Positions 29,894-39,603 of a DNA stretch of 64,000 bases are shown piece after piece; within the stretch, counting starts at the first letter, position 1; the number at the start of each line of letters is the position of its first letter. This stretch comes from Promethearchaeota archaeon (GTDB lineage: Archaea; Asgardarchaeota; Lokiarchaeia; Sigyniarchaeales; SOKP01). The notes below the pieces were generated by a model. That model made no database searches, was not told the origin of the DNA, and worked only from the letters and a program-made list of their open reading frames with translations. A program made the translations under genes and the position numbers. The stretch lies in contig JBHLLT010000010.1 of NCBI GenBank assembly GCA_048938855.1, forward strand, positions 32,001 to 96,000, given 5' to 3'.

Positions 29894-31030
29894 ATGACGG
29901 ATAAAGAAATTCAAGATTCTGAACAAGAGTCAAAAATCTCAAATTCTGAGGATACAAAAGATATTAGTGATAGTTCTTGGACTTTTTGCCCTGTTTGTGG
30001 TAATGAAATACCCAAAATTCAGAAGCTTAAATTTTGTTTTAAATGCGGAACGGATCTTAAATATCTCAAGGAACATAAACAGTTAAAACCAACTGACGCA
30101 AATAGTCCTTATATTCAAACAAGGAACTACCCCCAACATGAGATTCCACTAATTTCTTATGGTCCTCTAAAAATTGAAGATGATGAGATTATTAACACAA
30201 AAAATCATGAATTATGGGGAACAGGAGCTTCTATAGGAATCTCCCTTGGTGCCTTTTTTGCTATGAATTTTGCTACGGCAGGAATTCTTGTAATAATGGT
30301 CTTCATGTCTTTTGATTTAGAGGCATTAGTCGAAATTGTCGCAAATCCATATTTCGTTGCCATTAGTTCCTTATTTGAATTGATCTTTGTATTATTTCCG
30401 GTATTATATGTAGGGAAATATCTCAGAAATCCTTCTTTAAAAAATAGGTTGGGATTACTAGGTTTTACCTCAAAAGGGTTGGATAGGAAAGGAATAGTCA
30501 AAGAGATATACATAGGTTTAGGATTTGCTGTTGCTGCATATTTCTTAGTTTTTGGAGTTTCATTTTTGACTGAGATAATCCTTGAATTTATTTTTGGAAT
30601 TCAGATTATACAGGATATAAATTCTGGTGCAGGTGGCGCGGGAATTGTTTTTATACAAGGTGATATTTTAAGTATAGTTCTCTTATCTGTGGTAATGATA
30701 TTAATAATTGGAACATCTGAGGAAATTTTATTCAGAGGATTTATGCAAAAAGGATTGACACGGAGTCTAGGAAGTAAAGGAGGTATAATACTAACAGCAT
30801 TCATTTTTGCTATGATTCATGTATTAGGAGTAGTGCTCTTGTTTATAGATGCACCAATATATCTTCTTATTTCATTTCTTCTATCGTTTTTTCCTTATTT
30901 TGCAGTTTCAATTTTATTAGGTTTAATTTATTATTGGAGAAAAGAGAATCTGATAGCGGTCATAATAACTCATGGCGTTTATGATGCATTGACAATAATA
31001 GTAGCATATATTTCTCTTTATGGTTTCTAA
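29894..31030 (+). CDS. CPBP (Rce1/Abi-type) intramembrane glutamic endopeptidase with N-terminal zinc ribbon
   Basis: CPVC...CFKC; EEILFRG, FAMIH, HGVYD. Confidence 0.92.
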   Translation: MTDKEIQDSEQESKISNSEDTKDISDSSWTFCPVCGNEIPKIQKLKFCFKCGTDLKYLKEHKQLKPTDANSPYIQTRNYPQHEIPLISYGPLKIEDDEIINTKNHELWGTGASIGISLGAFFAMNFATAGILVIMVFMSFDLEALVEIVANPYFVAISSLFELIFVLFPVLYVGKYLRNPSLKNRLGLLGFTSKGLDRKGIVKEIYIGLGFAVAAYFLVFGVSFLTEIILEFIFGIQIIQDINSGAGGAGIVFIQGDILSIVLLSVVMILIIGTSEEILFRGFMQKGLTRSLGSKGGIILTAFIFAMIHVLGVVLLFIDAPIYLLISFLLSFFPYFAVSILLGLIYYWRKENLIAVIITHGVYDALTIIVAYISLYGF

Positions 31031-31048
31031 AACATAAAACTACTGAAT

Positions 31049-31912
31049 ATGAATATACTACAAAAATATGAAATAAAGGCAAAAAATAATCCACCCATAA
31101 CTATTGGAATGGGATTTGGAAATTTTACATTTCATAGCCAGAAAATCATAGCTGCAAGTATAGATTTTCTAAAAAATTTTAACTCTAATATTTCTATTTA
31201 TGGAAAAAAAGAAATTCTCCCAAAAAGCTTAAAGCAAATTTCAGAACGGACAGAGGTTTCAAGATTAAAATTTATTGAAAGCCAAGATCCCGAAAGAGCT
31301 GCAATTGAATCTTTAAAACAAAATTCTATTCAAGCTTTAATTAGAGGGTCCTTTAGTTCAAGCAAATTTTTAAAAAGTCTTAAAGATACTCTAAATATTA
31401 CTGTAATCAATAGGCTAGCAATTTTAGAAACAGTAAAAGAGGATCAATTTTTCTACGGACCAGTTGGGATTGATGAATGTAATAATGTAGAAAATAAAAT
31501 TACCTATATAGAAAATGCTCTTAAGGAATTTCAAGAAATTGAGATCGTACCTAAAATAAGTATTTTGAGTGGTGGTAGGTTAAGTGATATTGGGCGAGAT
31601 ACTAAAGTTAACCAAACTATAAAAGATGCGATTAAAATCATTGATTCCTTGAAGAAAAAATACCCCGAGTTAATGATCTCTCACAATGAAATATTAATTG
31701 AAGAAGCTCTTGAAAATGACTCAAACCTGATTATTGCCCCTGATGGAATATCTGGAAATTTAGTTTATCGTACGTTAGTTCATTTAGGCGGAGGAAAAGC
31801 TTATGGAGCGATTTACATGGGCATTGGAAAGCCTATAATTGATACATCACGAGTAGGAGATTATTCTGAATTTTATGGCGCCCTAGTGTTAGCACTTGCT
31901 CTAAGTAACTAA
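31049..31912 (+). CDS. MtxX / methanogenesis marker protein 4-like phosphotransacetylase-family protein
   Basis: RGS, PVGIDE, LSGGR..D.GR, APDGISGNLVYRTL, DTSR. Confidence 0.8.
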   Translation: MNILQKYEIKAKNNPPITIGMGFGNFTFHSQKIIAASIDFLKNFNSNISIYGKKEILPKSLKQISERTEVSRLKFIESQDPERAAIESLKQNSIQALIRGSFSSSKFLKSLKDTLNITVINRLAILETVKEDQFFYGPVGIDECNNVENKITYIENALKEFQEIEIVPKISILSGGRLSDIGRDTKVNQTIKDAIKIIDSLKKKYPELMISHNEILIEEALENDSNLIIAPDGISGNLVYRTLVHLGGGKAYGAIYMGIGKPIIDTSRVGDYSEFYGALVLALALSN

Positions 31913-31939
31913 TTTATCCTTAAATAATTAAATACTCAT

Positions 31940-32803
31940 TTAAAATTCATTAATTAACGTTGAATAATCTTTTTCTTCTTCCGATGCATGTAAGTACATA
32001 AGCAGTTCAGCTAATTCATTATCATTTTTCACTCCTGGAACCACAGTAGAGATTGCATTTTGAGAAAGTGTATAATTTAAACATTTAATTGGTGTTATGT
32101 CCGATGGAATTTTTTTTTTTAAACTAATGCCTCCAGATTGATATTTTGCTATAGTGACTGTACGATTTCTTTGTAATAGTTTACCGCCAGCAAAAGGTTT
32201 TATCGCAACTAGACCAATATTTTTTTTATTACAAATAGCCAATAATTCACTTCTTTCCTTAATATGGTGATTAACCATATTTATTTGTGTCATTATTATA
32301 TCAAAATGACCACTCAATGCTGCTTTCTTACCTATAGCAGCATTATGAGTGCTCATCCCTAAATATCTTACTTTTCCCTCTTTCTGTAATTTTTTAGCTA
32401 AATCTAATAATCCTCCAGAAGATATTATTGATTCATATTCTTTTTCTTTAACAAACTGTAAATTAATAATATCAATATAATCCTTTCCAAATTTCGACAA
32501 ATTTTTCACAAATATTTGTTCGCAATCTTTAATATTTCGTGATCTTTGCACTTTTCCATTTTCTTCAACTGAACCTAAATGGCAAGTGATAATTATATTA
32601 TCTTTAAAATCTTTAATAGCAGAACAGATATTATCAATATACTCTGACACATTGAAAACAATATCAAAATAATTAATTCCATCCTCAATAGCTTTTTGTA
32701 ATACAGAAACAACTGTTTTCTTAGGTTGTCTAAATAAATACTCAGTCCCTAGGCCAATCTCACTAACTTTTAAATTTGTTCTTCCTAATGTACGAAATTT
32801 CAT
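31940..32803 (-). CDS. Aldo/keto reductase
   Basis: RTLGRTNLKVSEIGLG, GINYFD, GKVRYLGMSTH, KPFAGG. Confidence 0.9.
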   Translation of the reverse strand: MKFRTLGRTNLKVSEIGLGTEYLFRQPKKTVVSVLQKAIEDGINYFDIVFNVSEYIDNICSAIKDFKDNIIITCHLGSVEENGKVQRSRNIKDCEQIFVKNLSKFGKDYIDIINLQFVKEKEYESIISSGGLLDLAKKLQKEGKVRYLGMSTHNAAIGKKAALSGHFDIIMTQINMVNHHIKERSELLAICNKKNIGLVAIKPFAGGKLLQRNRTVTIAKYQSGGISLKKKIPSDITPIKCLNYTLSQNAISTVVPGVKNDNELAELLMYLHASEEEKDYSTLINEF

Positions 32804-32878
32804 GCTAAATTTAGTATAAAATTAATAATCTCTGAAAATTTTTGAATAAGTGGAAAAAAAAGAAAATAATTTAGATAT

Positions 32879-33181
32879 TTAAGTAATTGCTCCAACAATT
32901 CCAGCAAGAAGCACAACTATGCCACCAATAAATACTGAAAATATTATTAAAAGAAGTCCTATGATCCCCAGAACTGTAGGAGTATACTGAATTGGCTTTA
33001 TACCCAATAAAATAGGCAGAATTGAGAGTAGAATTGCAATTAACTCAATTACCCATCCAAAAGACCAAAATTCGAAAATATTAATTGCATGTAATATAGA
33101 TTCTATTAAAGCAATAACTCCCCCCGCAATTGCTACAATTCTCATGAATGTATCAGTTGCCTCCAACTTACTCCATACCAT
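32879..33181 (-). CDS. Small hydrophobic membrane protein
   Basis: 100 aa, almost entirely hydrophobic. Confidence 0.75.
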   Translation of the reverse strand: MVWSKLEATDTFMRIVAIAGGVIALIESILHAINIFEFWSFGWVIELIAILLSILPILLGIKPIQYTPTVLGIIGLLLIIFSVFIGGIVVLLAGIVGAIT

Positions 33182-33310
33182 TTTTTAATCAGCTTTATTT
33201 TTTATGTATTTTTAATCAAAAAGAAGATTAGATCTACTTATAAATTTTAACAAAATAATTACGATTGCATTAATATACTAAAGAACATGATCTCTGTTAA
33301 TATAAGAACT

Positions 33311-33520
33311 TTATTGAGAATATTTTTCTATAATATAATTTTGTAGAGAACATATATACTTCTCAAGATTTAAGCTCAAAATCCTCTGTTCCACTTCACG
33401 TAGGTATGTGACATCTAAGCAATTAAACAACTCTTTCAGCTTTTTAACTGTGTCAAATAATTCAACAATTGTATTCCAATCATGTGCCCATTCATAATCT
33501 TGAATATCTTCAACTTCTAT
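33311..33520 (-). CDS. Small helical protein missed by the ORF track (xEVEDIQDYEWAHDWNTIVELFDTVKKLKELFNCLDVTYLREVEQRILSLNLEKYICSLQNYIIEKYSQ); ATA (33520) or ATC (33523) start
   Basis: 69 sense codons without a stop, protein-like composition, strong GAGGT SD-like motif immediately upstream. Confidence 0.68.
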   Translation of the reverse strand: MEVEDIQDYEWAHDWNTIVELFDTVKKLKELFNCLDVTYLREVEQRILSLNLEKYICSLQNYIIEKYSQ

Positions 33521-33660
33521 GATTTTTAATTACCTCTTTATCCTTTTTTGTTAATTATTGAGAGAATATGATAATTTATCATAAAAAGTATTTAGATACT
33601 CTTGGAAAAGTAATTTATTGTATTTTTAAGATTAGAGATAAAATCTACAATAAAATTATA

Positions 33661-33734
33661 TGGGAGAGGGGGGAATTGAACCCCCGACCACTCGGCCCCC
33701 AGCCGAGTATCATACCAAGCTAGACTACCCTCCC
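33661..33734 (-). tRNA. tRNA-Pro(GGG), intronless
   Basis: GGGAGGG/CTCTCCC acceptor stem, CTCGG-CTGGGGG-CCGAG anticodon arm, GGGGG-TTCAATT-CCCCC T arm. Confidence 0.93.
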
Positions 33735-33944
33735 TTTATTGAATGGGTATCTCTCCTTAATGTCCTCATCAAAAGCCCTTTTTTAAAAAGAGATTTTTTT
33801 AATATAGTATGTAAAGAATAGTGAAAACTGGTAATTAAATCTTTTTTGAACATAATATTATATTTAAAACCAATAATTTTTAAATTGCTTAAATAGTTTT
33901 ATTTCTTATTATTCTCATCAAAAACTTATTTATTTGTAGACCTA

Positions 33945-34241
33945 ATGAGAACTAGAAAACCTTTTTTAATTTTTTGGCCTCAATATTTTGATGCTAAAAA
34001 AAGTCGGAGTGATGGACGACGACTTCCAAGGAAATTTGCAATAGATAAAGTAAATCTTGAAGAAATAGTGAAAGCCGCTAAAAATTTAGGTTATCATGCA
34101 GAAATCGAAAGAAATTATAAATATCCTAGAACATGGTGGGAAGATCCTGGAAGAGTAATAGTAGATGCGCAAGGGAAGAAAAAAAATAAGATAATGCTCG
34201 AAATTGCTAAAGAACTAAGAAAAATACAATTAAAAACTTAG
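33945..34241 (+). CDS. srp19: Signal recognition particle 19 kDa protein
   Basis: WPQYFDA..SRSDGRR, YPRTWW...GRV. Confidence 0.95.
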   Translation: MRTRKPFLIFWPQYFDAKKSRSDGRRLPRKFAIDKVNLEEIVKAAKNLGYHAEIERNYKYPRTWWEDPGRVIVDAQGKKKNKIMLEIAKELRKIQLKT

Positions 34242-34251
34242 AGATCCTACA

Positions 34252-34623
34252 ATGCACGAATTTGCCTTTGCTTATAATATTTTCAAAGTAGCTGAAGCTA
34301 CAGCTATTAAATATAATGCGAAAAAAATTACTGAGGTTTTATTAGAAATTGGAGAATTAACTCTTATTGTTCCTGAACTTCTTCAACGTTCTTTTGAGAT
34401 GGCCACCAAAGGTTCAATAGCAGAGGGTGCCATTTTGAGTATTAAAATTACTCCGGGTAAAATAAAATGTCGAGATTGTAATCAAATCTCAGAAGTAAAG
34501 ATAACTCGGGAATCAGAACTAACAGGGCTTCAATTATTTAAATGCTCTCATTGTGAAAGTAGTAATACGGAGATTATTGATGGTAAAAAGGCAAATGTGA
34601 AAAATATCAAAATTCAAGATTAG
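34252..34623 (+). CDS. hypA: Hydrogenase maturation nickel metallochaperone
   Basis: MHE N-terminus, IGEL, CxxC...CxxC. Confidence 0.94.
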   Translation: MHEFAFAYNIFKVAEATAIKYNAKKITEVLLEIGELTLIVPELLQRSFEMATKGSIAEGAILSIKITPGKIKCRDCNQISEVKITRESELTGLQLFKCSHCESSNTEIIDGKKANVKNIKIQD

Positions 34624-34655
34624 CTAATATAAAGTCTGGAATAATTACAGAAATT

Positions 34656-35384
34656 ATGCAAAATATTAATATACTCTGGGAGGGGGAATTACTATTAGAA
34701 TCTATCAAATGGAATAAAAAAAAACTCTATGAGTTCCGATTAACTTCTGAATATGATTCTAAAATACAATCATGTTGGGAGACCCACATTAAAGAGAAAC
34801 CTAATGATTATGATGGAAAATTGCTTTTTCTAGATAGTTTTCATTTCAAGAACAAAAATCTTTATTTAAATACTAGTTGTATTAGGTTTTCTACCATTAC
34901 ATTCATGGAAAAAAATAAAATGAGAGTACAAAAAGGAATCGGTGTCCTTGGAACTCAGTATCTCATATATTCTCCTGATGGAAATTACTTTTTAGCAGGT
35001 GAACGTGCATTAAATTTATCGTATTTCCCAGGTGCGACAACTATTCCCGGAGGGATATTAGAAATTGAAGATTTAAATAGTCCACCAAACGAGTCACTTA
35101 TAAGGGAACTTTATGAAGAGGTTTCCTTACCTTTTCAAGAAGATAAAATCCTTATTGCAATATTAGAAGGCTGGAATGGAATTTCAGTCACATTTTTACT
35201 TAAAATAAAAATACATAATTCTTACAATTTTAAGCCCTATGAATCTTTATCTGCTGATAAGGATGAATGGAATAATGGTTTAAGTTGGATGTCTGTTGCT
35301 GAATTAAAAAAAAAGACACAAACTCAATTTCTTGATGGATTAATCTATTATAAATCGAAAGTAATGGAAAATTCAATGAAATAA
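34656..35384 (+). CDS. NUDIX-fold hydrolase
   Basis: YDGK, PGG...RELYEE Nudix box. Confidence 0.78.
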   Translation: MQNINILWEGELLLESIKWNKKKLYEFRLTSEYDSKIQSCWETHIKEKPNDYDGKLLFLDSFHFKNKNLYLNTSCIRFSTITFMEKNKMRVQKGIGVLGTQYLIYSPDGNYFLAGERALNLSYFPGATTIPGGILEIEDLNSPPNESLIRELYEEVSLPFQEDKILIAILEGWNGISVTFLLKIKIHNSYNFKPYESLSADKDEWNNGLSWMSVAELKKKTQTQFLDGLIYYKSKVMENSMK

Positions 35385-35403
35385 GAAAAAGTAGAATACT
35401 TAC

Positions 35404-35781
35404 CTAAACTAAGACACCATTAAGAACTCCATGTTGTCCAGGGCGGCTAGTAATTCTTGCATTTCCCAGTTCTGTTTCAACAATAGCTCCTTTTGTTAAA
35501 ACATGCCTTCGATTCAAATCCTTCGAAGCAATATTCTCTTCAAATCCTAAAATTCTAACTTTTTTAGTTTTATTGGTGCCTGGATCTGTGATATTGATAT
35601 ATTGTGTAGCAAATAATTTAAGTTTGAAATTGCCTCCCATTACCCTTTGTTTTTTCTTCTTTTCTTGACCAATTTCTGTATCAATACGTGGGCGTTCTAA
35701 TTCTCGTTTTCGCTTCTTTCTGAAATGCCTGTATTTCTTCCCAGTGTATTTTCTTTTTGACCTTGCTTGAGATCGAGCCAT
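35404..35781 (-). CDS. rps8e: 30S ribosomal protein S8e
   Basis: TG...RKKRKRE, GGNFK, TKGAIV, TSRPGQHG. Confidence 0.97.
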   Translation of the reverse strand: MARSQARSKRKYTGKKYRHFRKKRKRELERPRIDTEIGQEKKKKQRVMGGNFKLKLFATQYINITDPGTNKTKKVRILGFEENIASKDLNRRHVLTKGAIVETELGNARITSRPGQHGVLNGVLV

Positions 35782-35956
35782 TTTCGTTTACGCTATTCGA
35801 ATTTAATAATTATCATAAGGAAGGATATCTTTAAAATTTTTTTAAAATTCATCTCAATTATGATTTATTAAAGCAAAATAAATATAGACAAAATTTTTAT
35901 TTAACATATAACATTAACATAGCTATATTCAATAAAATATTCTACTTTTACGCAAA

Positions 35957-36595
35957 ATGATGGAAAATAACAATAATCTTAGGCGTTTAGATCAAGAACA
36001 GATTGAAAAAATAATTCAAACTGGCACTACAACTGTGGGAATTATTATAAAAGATGGTGTAATAATCGCAACTGATTCTCAGGCAACTGCAGGTACTTTT
36101 GTAGCTTCAAAACAAGCTCAGAAGTTATTTGAAATTAATAAATATACTGCTGCTACAATAGCTGGTGGAGTAGCAGATTGTCAATATGTTGTTAATCAGT
36201 TACAAGCCTTATCGAGGTTAAAAGAAGTTGAACAAGAACTTGTACCTGAACCAAAATATATAGCTAGGATTTGCCGTAATATATTATTCAGTGGACGTTC
36301 TTATTTTCTTGCTATGATGATAGTAGGTGGGTATTCCCAAAAAGAAAGTTCTGGGATGCTCTATGGAATTGACTTATTAGGTACACTTTATGAAGAATCA
36401 GACTATTTATCTTTTGGTTCTGGTAGTCCTTTTAGTCTTGGTGTGTTGGAGTCAGACTGGAAACCAAATTTAACAAAAGCAAAGGGAATTGAGCTTATGA
36501 AAACAGCTATAAGTGCATCTCGTGAGAGAGACGCTGGATCGGGATATGAACTCCAAATGTGTACTATAGACAAAGATGGTTATAAACAAATATAA
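35957..36595 (+). CDS. psmB: Proteasome beta subunit
   Basis: Propeptide followed by TGTTTVG, D.QAT, AGGVAD, GSGS, RD.GSG. Confidence 0.95.
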   Translation: MMENNNNLRRLDQEQIEKIIQTGTTTVGIIIKDGVIIATDSQATAGTFVASKQAQKLFEINKYTAATIAGGVADCQYVVNQLQALSRLKEVEQELVPEPKYIARICRNILFSGRSYFLAMMIVGGYSQKESSGMLYGIDLLGTLYEESDYLSFGSGSPFSLGVLESDWKPNLTKAKGIELMKTAISASRERDAGSGYELQMCTIDKDGYKQI

Positions 36596-36615
36596 GAACT
36601 AAGAATAAGATAATA

Positions 36616-37107
36616 TCATTTCTCTCCAACTTTTACTGCAACTTTATATAGTTCTTTATTAATAAAAATAAAACCATTTAGCTCTTTACTTTTAGCATTC
36701 ATAATTGTCCAGATTATATGCTTAAATGTTGTTCTTTCACTGTTATAATAACCTTCTATATAAGGTAAATCAATACCACTTGGATAGGCACTCCCCGGAT
36801 GAGAATGAAAAATACTAAACATCTGATAATTATAATTTTTAGCATATGAATAGGAGATATTAAATATCCTCTCATAATCATCCATTAAGAAAGCGACTGG
36901 ATTTTTGTGAGAAGATTCAATACATTCGAACTTATATGCGTTGTAATGATAAGAAAATTCATTCTCTCTGTTGGGTATTTTTCTTTCTTCTATTTTTCCA
37001 AAAATTAAACCACATGCCTCATTAGGAGTAGCTTTCTTAACACATTGTATAATTTCTACAACAATTTTATCATCAATATATAGAATGATATCCTTTTCAT
37101 ACTTCAA
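36616..37107 (-). CDS. JAMM/MPN+ (Mov34) metalloprotease
   Basis: PNEACG and FHSHP...PS..D JAMM motif. Confidence 0.9.
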   Translation of the reverse strand: MKYEKDIILYIDDKIVVEIIQCVKKATPNEACGLIFGKIEERKIPNRENEFSYHYNAYKFECIESSHKNPVAFLMDDYERIFNISYSYAKNYNYQMFSIFHSHPGSAYPSGIDLPYIEGYYNSERTTFKHIIWTIMNAKSKELNGFIFINKELYKVAVKVGEK

Positions 37108-37127
37108 TTAATGAGATCACCCCATTA

Positions 37128-37799
37128 TTATAATAATGTTAGAGCAGCATTTAAAGCAGCTAATCTAGCACTTTCAGGATTATCTCCTAATCCTATAATT
37201 ATGACATCATTTTTCTTAAGGTGAATTCCTTTATTATGGATAATCGAGGTAATATACTCAAAAACCTTATCTGAAACTACCTCTTCTTCTTTGGTATCAG
37301 AAAGGGAGTATGAGGGAAATATTAAGTCTTCCCCATTATAGAGTAAACAAGTAGCTCCATCACCTCCAATTTTAACAGCAGCATCTCTTTGTTCAATTCC
37401 ATATGTTATTTTGTCAGTTGCATTTCTTACAAAACAAAAGTAAGAATTTTTACCTTCTGATTTAATAACAATATCCTTAATAATTGTAGAATCTCCTTTC
37501 TCTATTATAGGAAATTTCGCTCTAATTTTTTTAACAAATTCTAGGCCAATATTAGTAAGAATATGCCCTTTTATTATATTATCTTCTGTCAAAACTTTTA
37601 TAAAATTTAAGTCCTCGTTCAATTTTCTGATAAGAGATTTTGCCGTCCCAGAACCAAGTGATAATTCTTTTTGCAAACGATATCTACCAATCCCATCTTT
37701 ATTTTCCTCAAATAGGAAAAGAGCTAAAATAACATGGACTAACTCAAAAGATGGTTTAATTGTTGGTGAATGCCATAAAGGGTCTAATTCTTCAAACAT
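37128..37799 (-). CDS. Winged-HTH protein, DUF4443/DUF2111-like
   Basis: IGRYRL..ELSLG.GT, GIEQRDAAV.IG..GAT. Confidence 0.7.
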   Translation of the reverse strand: MFEELDPLWHSPTIKPSFELVHVILALFLFEENKDGIGRYRLQKELSLGSGTAKSLIRKLNEDLNFIKVLTEDNIIKGHILTNIGLEFVKKIRAKFPIIEKGDSTIIKDIVIKSEGKNSYFCFVRNATDKITYGIEQRDAAVKIGGDGATCLLYNGEDLIFPSYSLSDTKEEEVVSDKVFEYITSIIHNKGIHLKKNDVIIIGLGDNPESARLAALNAALTLL

Positions 37800-37924
37800 A
37801 TTACAATCAAGTATAATTAATATAAGTTTATAAAAAAATATAAATCAGAATACAATTTAATTAAATATCAATATTCCGAAATTTCAATTTCGACTTCAAA
37901 AAAAAGATATAATTATCTAATAAA

Positions 37925-38914
37925 ATGGCGAAAAAAGAGATTAACAAAAGCCCGCTTAAAGCGCATGATTTAGTTCTTTTTAAAACTGAAGAGACGCCTA
38001 AAACAAAAGAAGTCGATACATATTCTTTTGAGAAAGTTAATCAAGAAGATAAAATCAAATTAACAACAGACTTTAGACCTTTTAGTAATCATATCCAATA
38101 CTCCATTTTTATTGATAACCAAAGTTTAGCACCAATTAGTGAAGTGAAAATTAAAATAAAATTCCCTGAATTTTTCACGTTTTTAAGATATTATCCATCT
38201 ACAATAAATACTCCAAATATAAAGATTGAGAGAAATGTTAAACAAATTAATTTTGAATTTGATGAATTAAATGAAAATAGCAATAAACAAATTCATTTTC
38301 ATTTCACTCCAACTTCCCTAGATAATACTGGAGAAATAAGAACAATAATAACCTATGTGAATAACAAAGACACTGTTAGAGTGCTTGATTCAAGACCTAC
38401 AGAAATAAAAGTTGATGGCGTAATAATTGAACCTAAAGTAGTGCCTTCAAGTTTCATCAGAGAGTTCTTTCAACAACCAGGAATTAAAAAAGCTATAAAA
38501 AGTATCGGTATCGGAACTGTACATCCAATTGATCACGAATTAATTTTTGAGATATTAGCACATCTTTTTTATATTAGAAATTTTCAGTTAGTAGCAAAAG
38601 ATCCTCAAAAAAAGATATTGTGGTTTTTTGGAACAGAATCACTCATTAGGGAGGACGTATTAGTAATTGGTCAGATTATATCGAATAAAATTGAGTTTAT
38701 TGCATCATCCCTAAATCATTACCTATTAATCTCACTTTTAACGCAGATTTCAATTGATTTTAAAGATCTTCTAATTTCAAATGAAATTATAACATCTAAT
38801 GATGATATTTATGATTTAGAATGTAGAAATTGTGGCTCGATTTTTCCTTATTTTCCACGAAAGAATGAATCAGTTGTGTGTAAAAACTGTAATTATGAAC
38901 AAGTTATATGGTAG
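37925..38914 (+). CDS. Hypothetical protein: Ig-like sandwich + alpha/beta platform-like region + zinc ribbon
   Basis: Alternating beta pattern, then appendage-platform-like pattern, then CRNC...CKNC. Confidence 0.7.
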   Translation: MAKKEINKSPLKAHDLVLFKTEETPKTKEVDTYSFEKVNQEDKIKLTTDFRPFSNHIQYSIFIDNQSLAPISEVKIKIKFPEFFTFLRYYPSTINTPNIKIERNVKQINFEFDELNENSNKQIHFHFTPTSLDNTGEIRTIITYVNNKDTVRVLDSRPTEIKVDGVIIEPKVVPSSFIREFFQQPGIKKAIKSIGIGTVHPIDHELIFEILAHLFYIRNFQLVAKDPQKKILWFFGTESLIREDVLVIGQIISNKIEFIASSLNHYLLISLLTQISIDFKDLLISNEIITSNDDIYDLECRNCGSIFPYFPRKNESVVCKNCNYEQVIW

Positions 38915-38982
38915 ATTTATGAATAAGGGATATATAAAAAACTTAAAATATAGATATTCGTGGTCTTAATCGTATTTTTTTA

Positions 38983-39603
38983 TTAGGGTACAGGTAAGAC
39001 AATTGGACCTATCCAATAGTTCCAAAACAAGTACCCCAAAATACCACCAGTAATTCCTCCAATTAAGATGATATATCTTTGAAATCGGGGTATATAATAA
39101 AGAGCAATTATAATAAAAGCCAAAGCAACAACTGCACTTCCATACATTAATAAATCAGGATTTATATGTAAATAATCACGAGCAATTTTAGCCTCATCCG
39201 CACTACTTGAGTTGCCCAGAAGTGTTGTATTAATAAAATACCATCCAGCATTAAAAATAAACCGGATACAAAAAGATGTAGCAGTAATGGAAAGAATCTG
39301 ACCGATTCCTATAGTCTTTTCGTCTTCACTATGCATATGCCTATATTTTATAAGAATAACGGTAATACCTACAATTGATACTAACCATGAACTTATTGGA
39401 CCACCCATTAAAAACCAAAATCTTTGAACTGCTGTTAAAGGACCATAATAAAAAGTGTATGCATATGCTATTCGAGCAGGAACTCCATAAATAACCGCTA
39501 CGATATAGTGCCCAAATTCGTGCACAAGAGTCCCAATAATAAGAACAATAAAAAATATCCCCAGATATGTGAAAAACCAGTTTATATGTTTATGTCTATT
39601 CAT
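38983..39603 (-). CDS. Membrane zinc metalloprotease, M50-like
   Basis: HEFGH in a TM segment, GGP motif, downstream AD. Confidence 0.8.
   Translation of the reverse strand: MNRHKHINWFFTYLGIFFIVLIIGTLVHEFGHYIVAVIYGVPARIAYAYTFYYGPLTAVQRFWFLMGGPISSWLVSIVGITVILIKYRHMHSEDEKTIGIGQILSITATSFCIRFIFNAGWYFINTTLLGNSSSADEAKIARDYLHINPDLLMYGSAVVALAFIIIALYYIPRFQRYIILIGGITGGILGYLFWNYWIGPIVLPVP

Noticed and set aside
33182-33734. Integrated element at tRNA-Pro or tRNA-Arg
   Set aside because: No integrase and no duplicated tRNA 3' end seen; flanking genes look chromosomal
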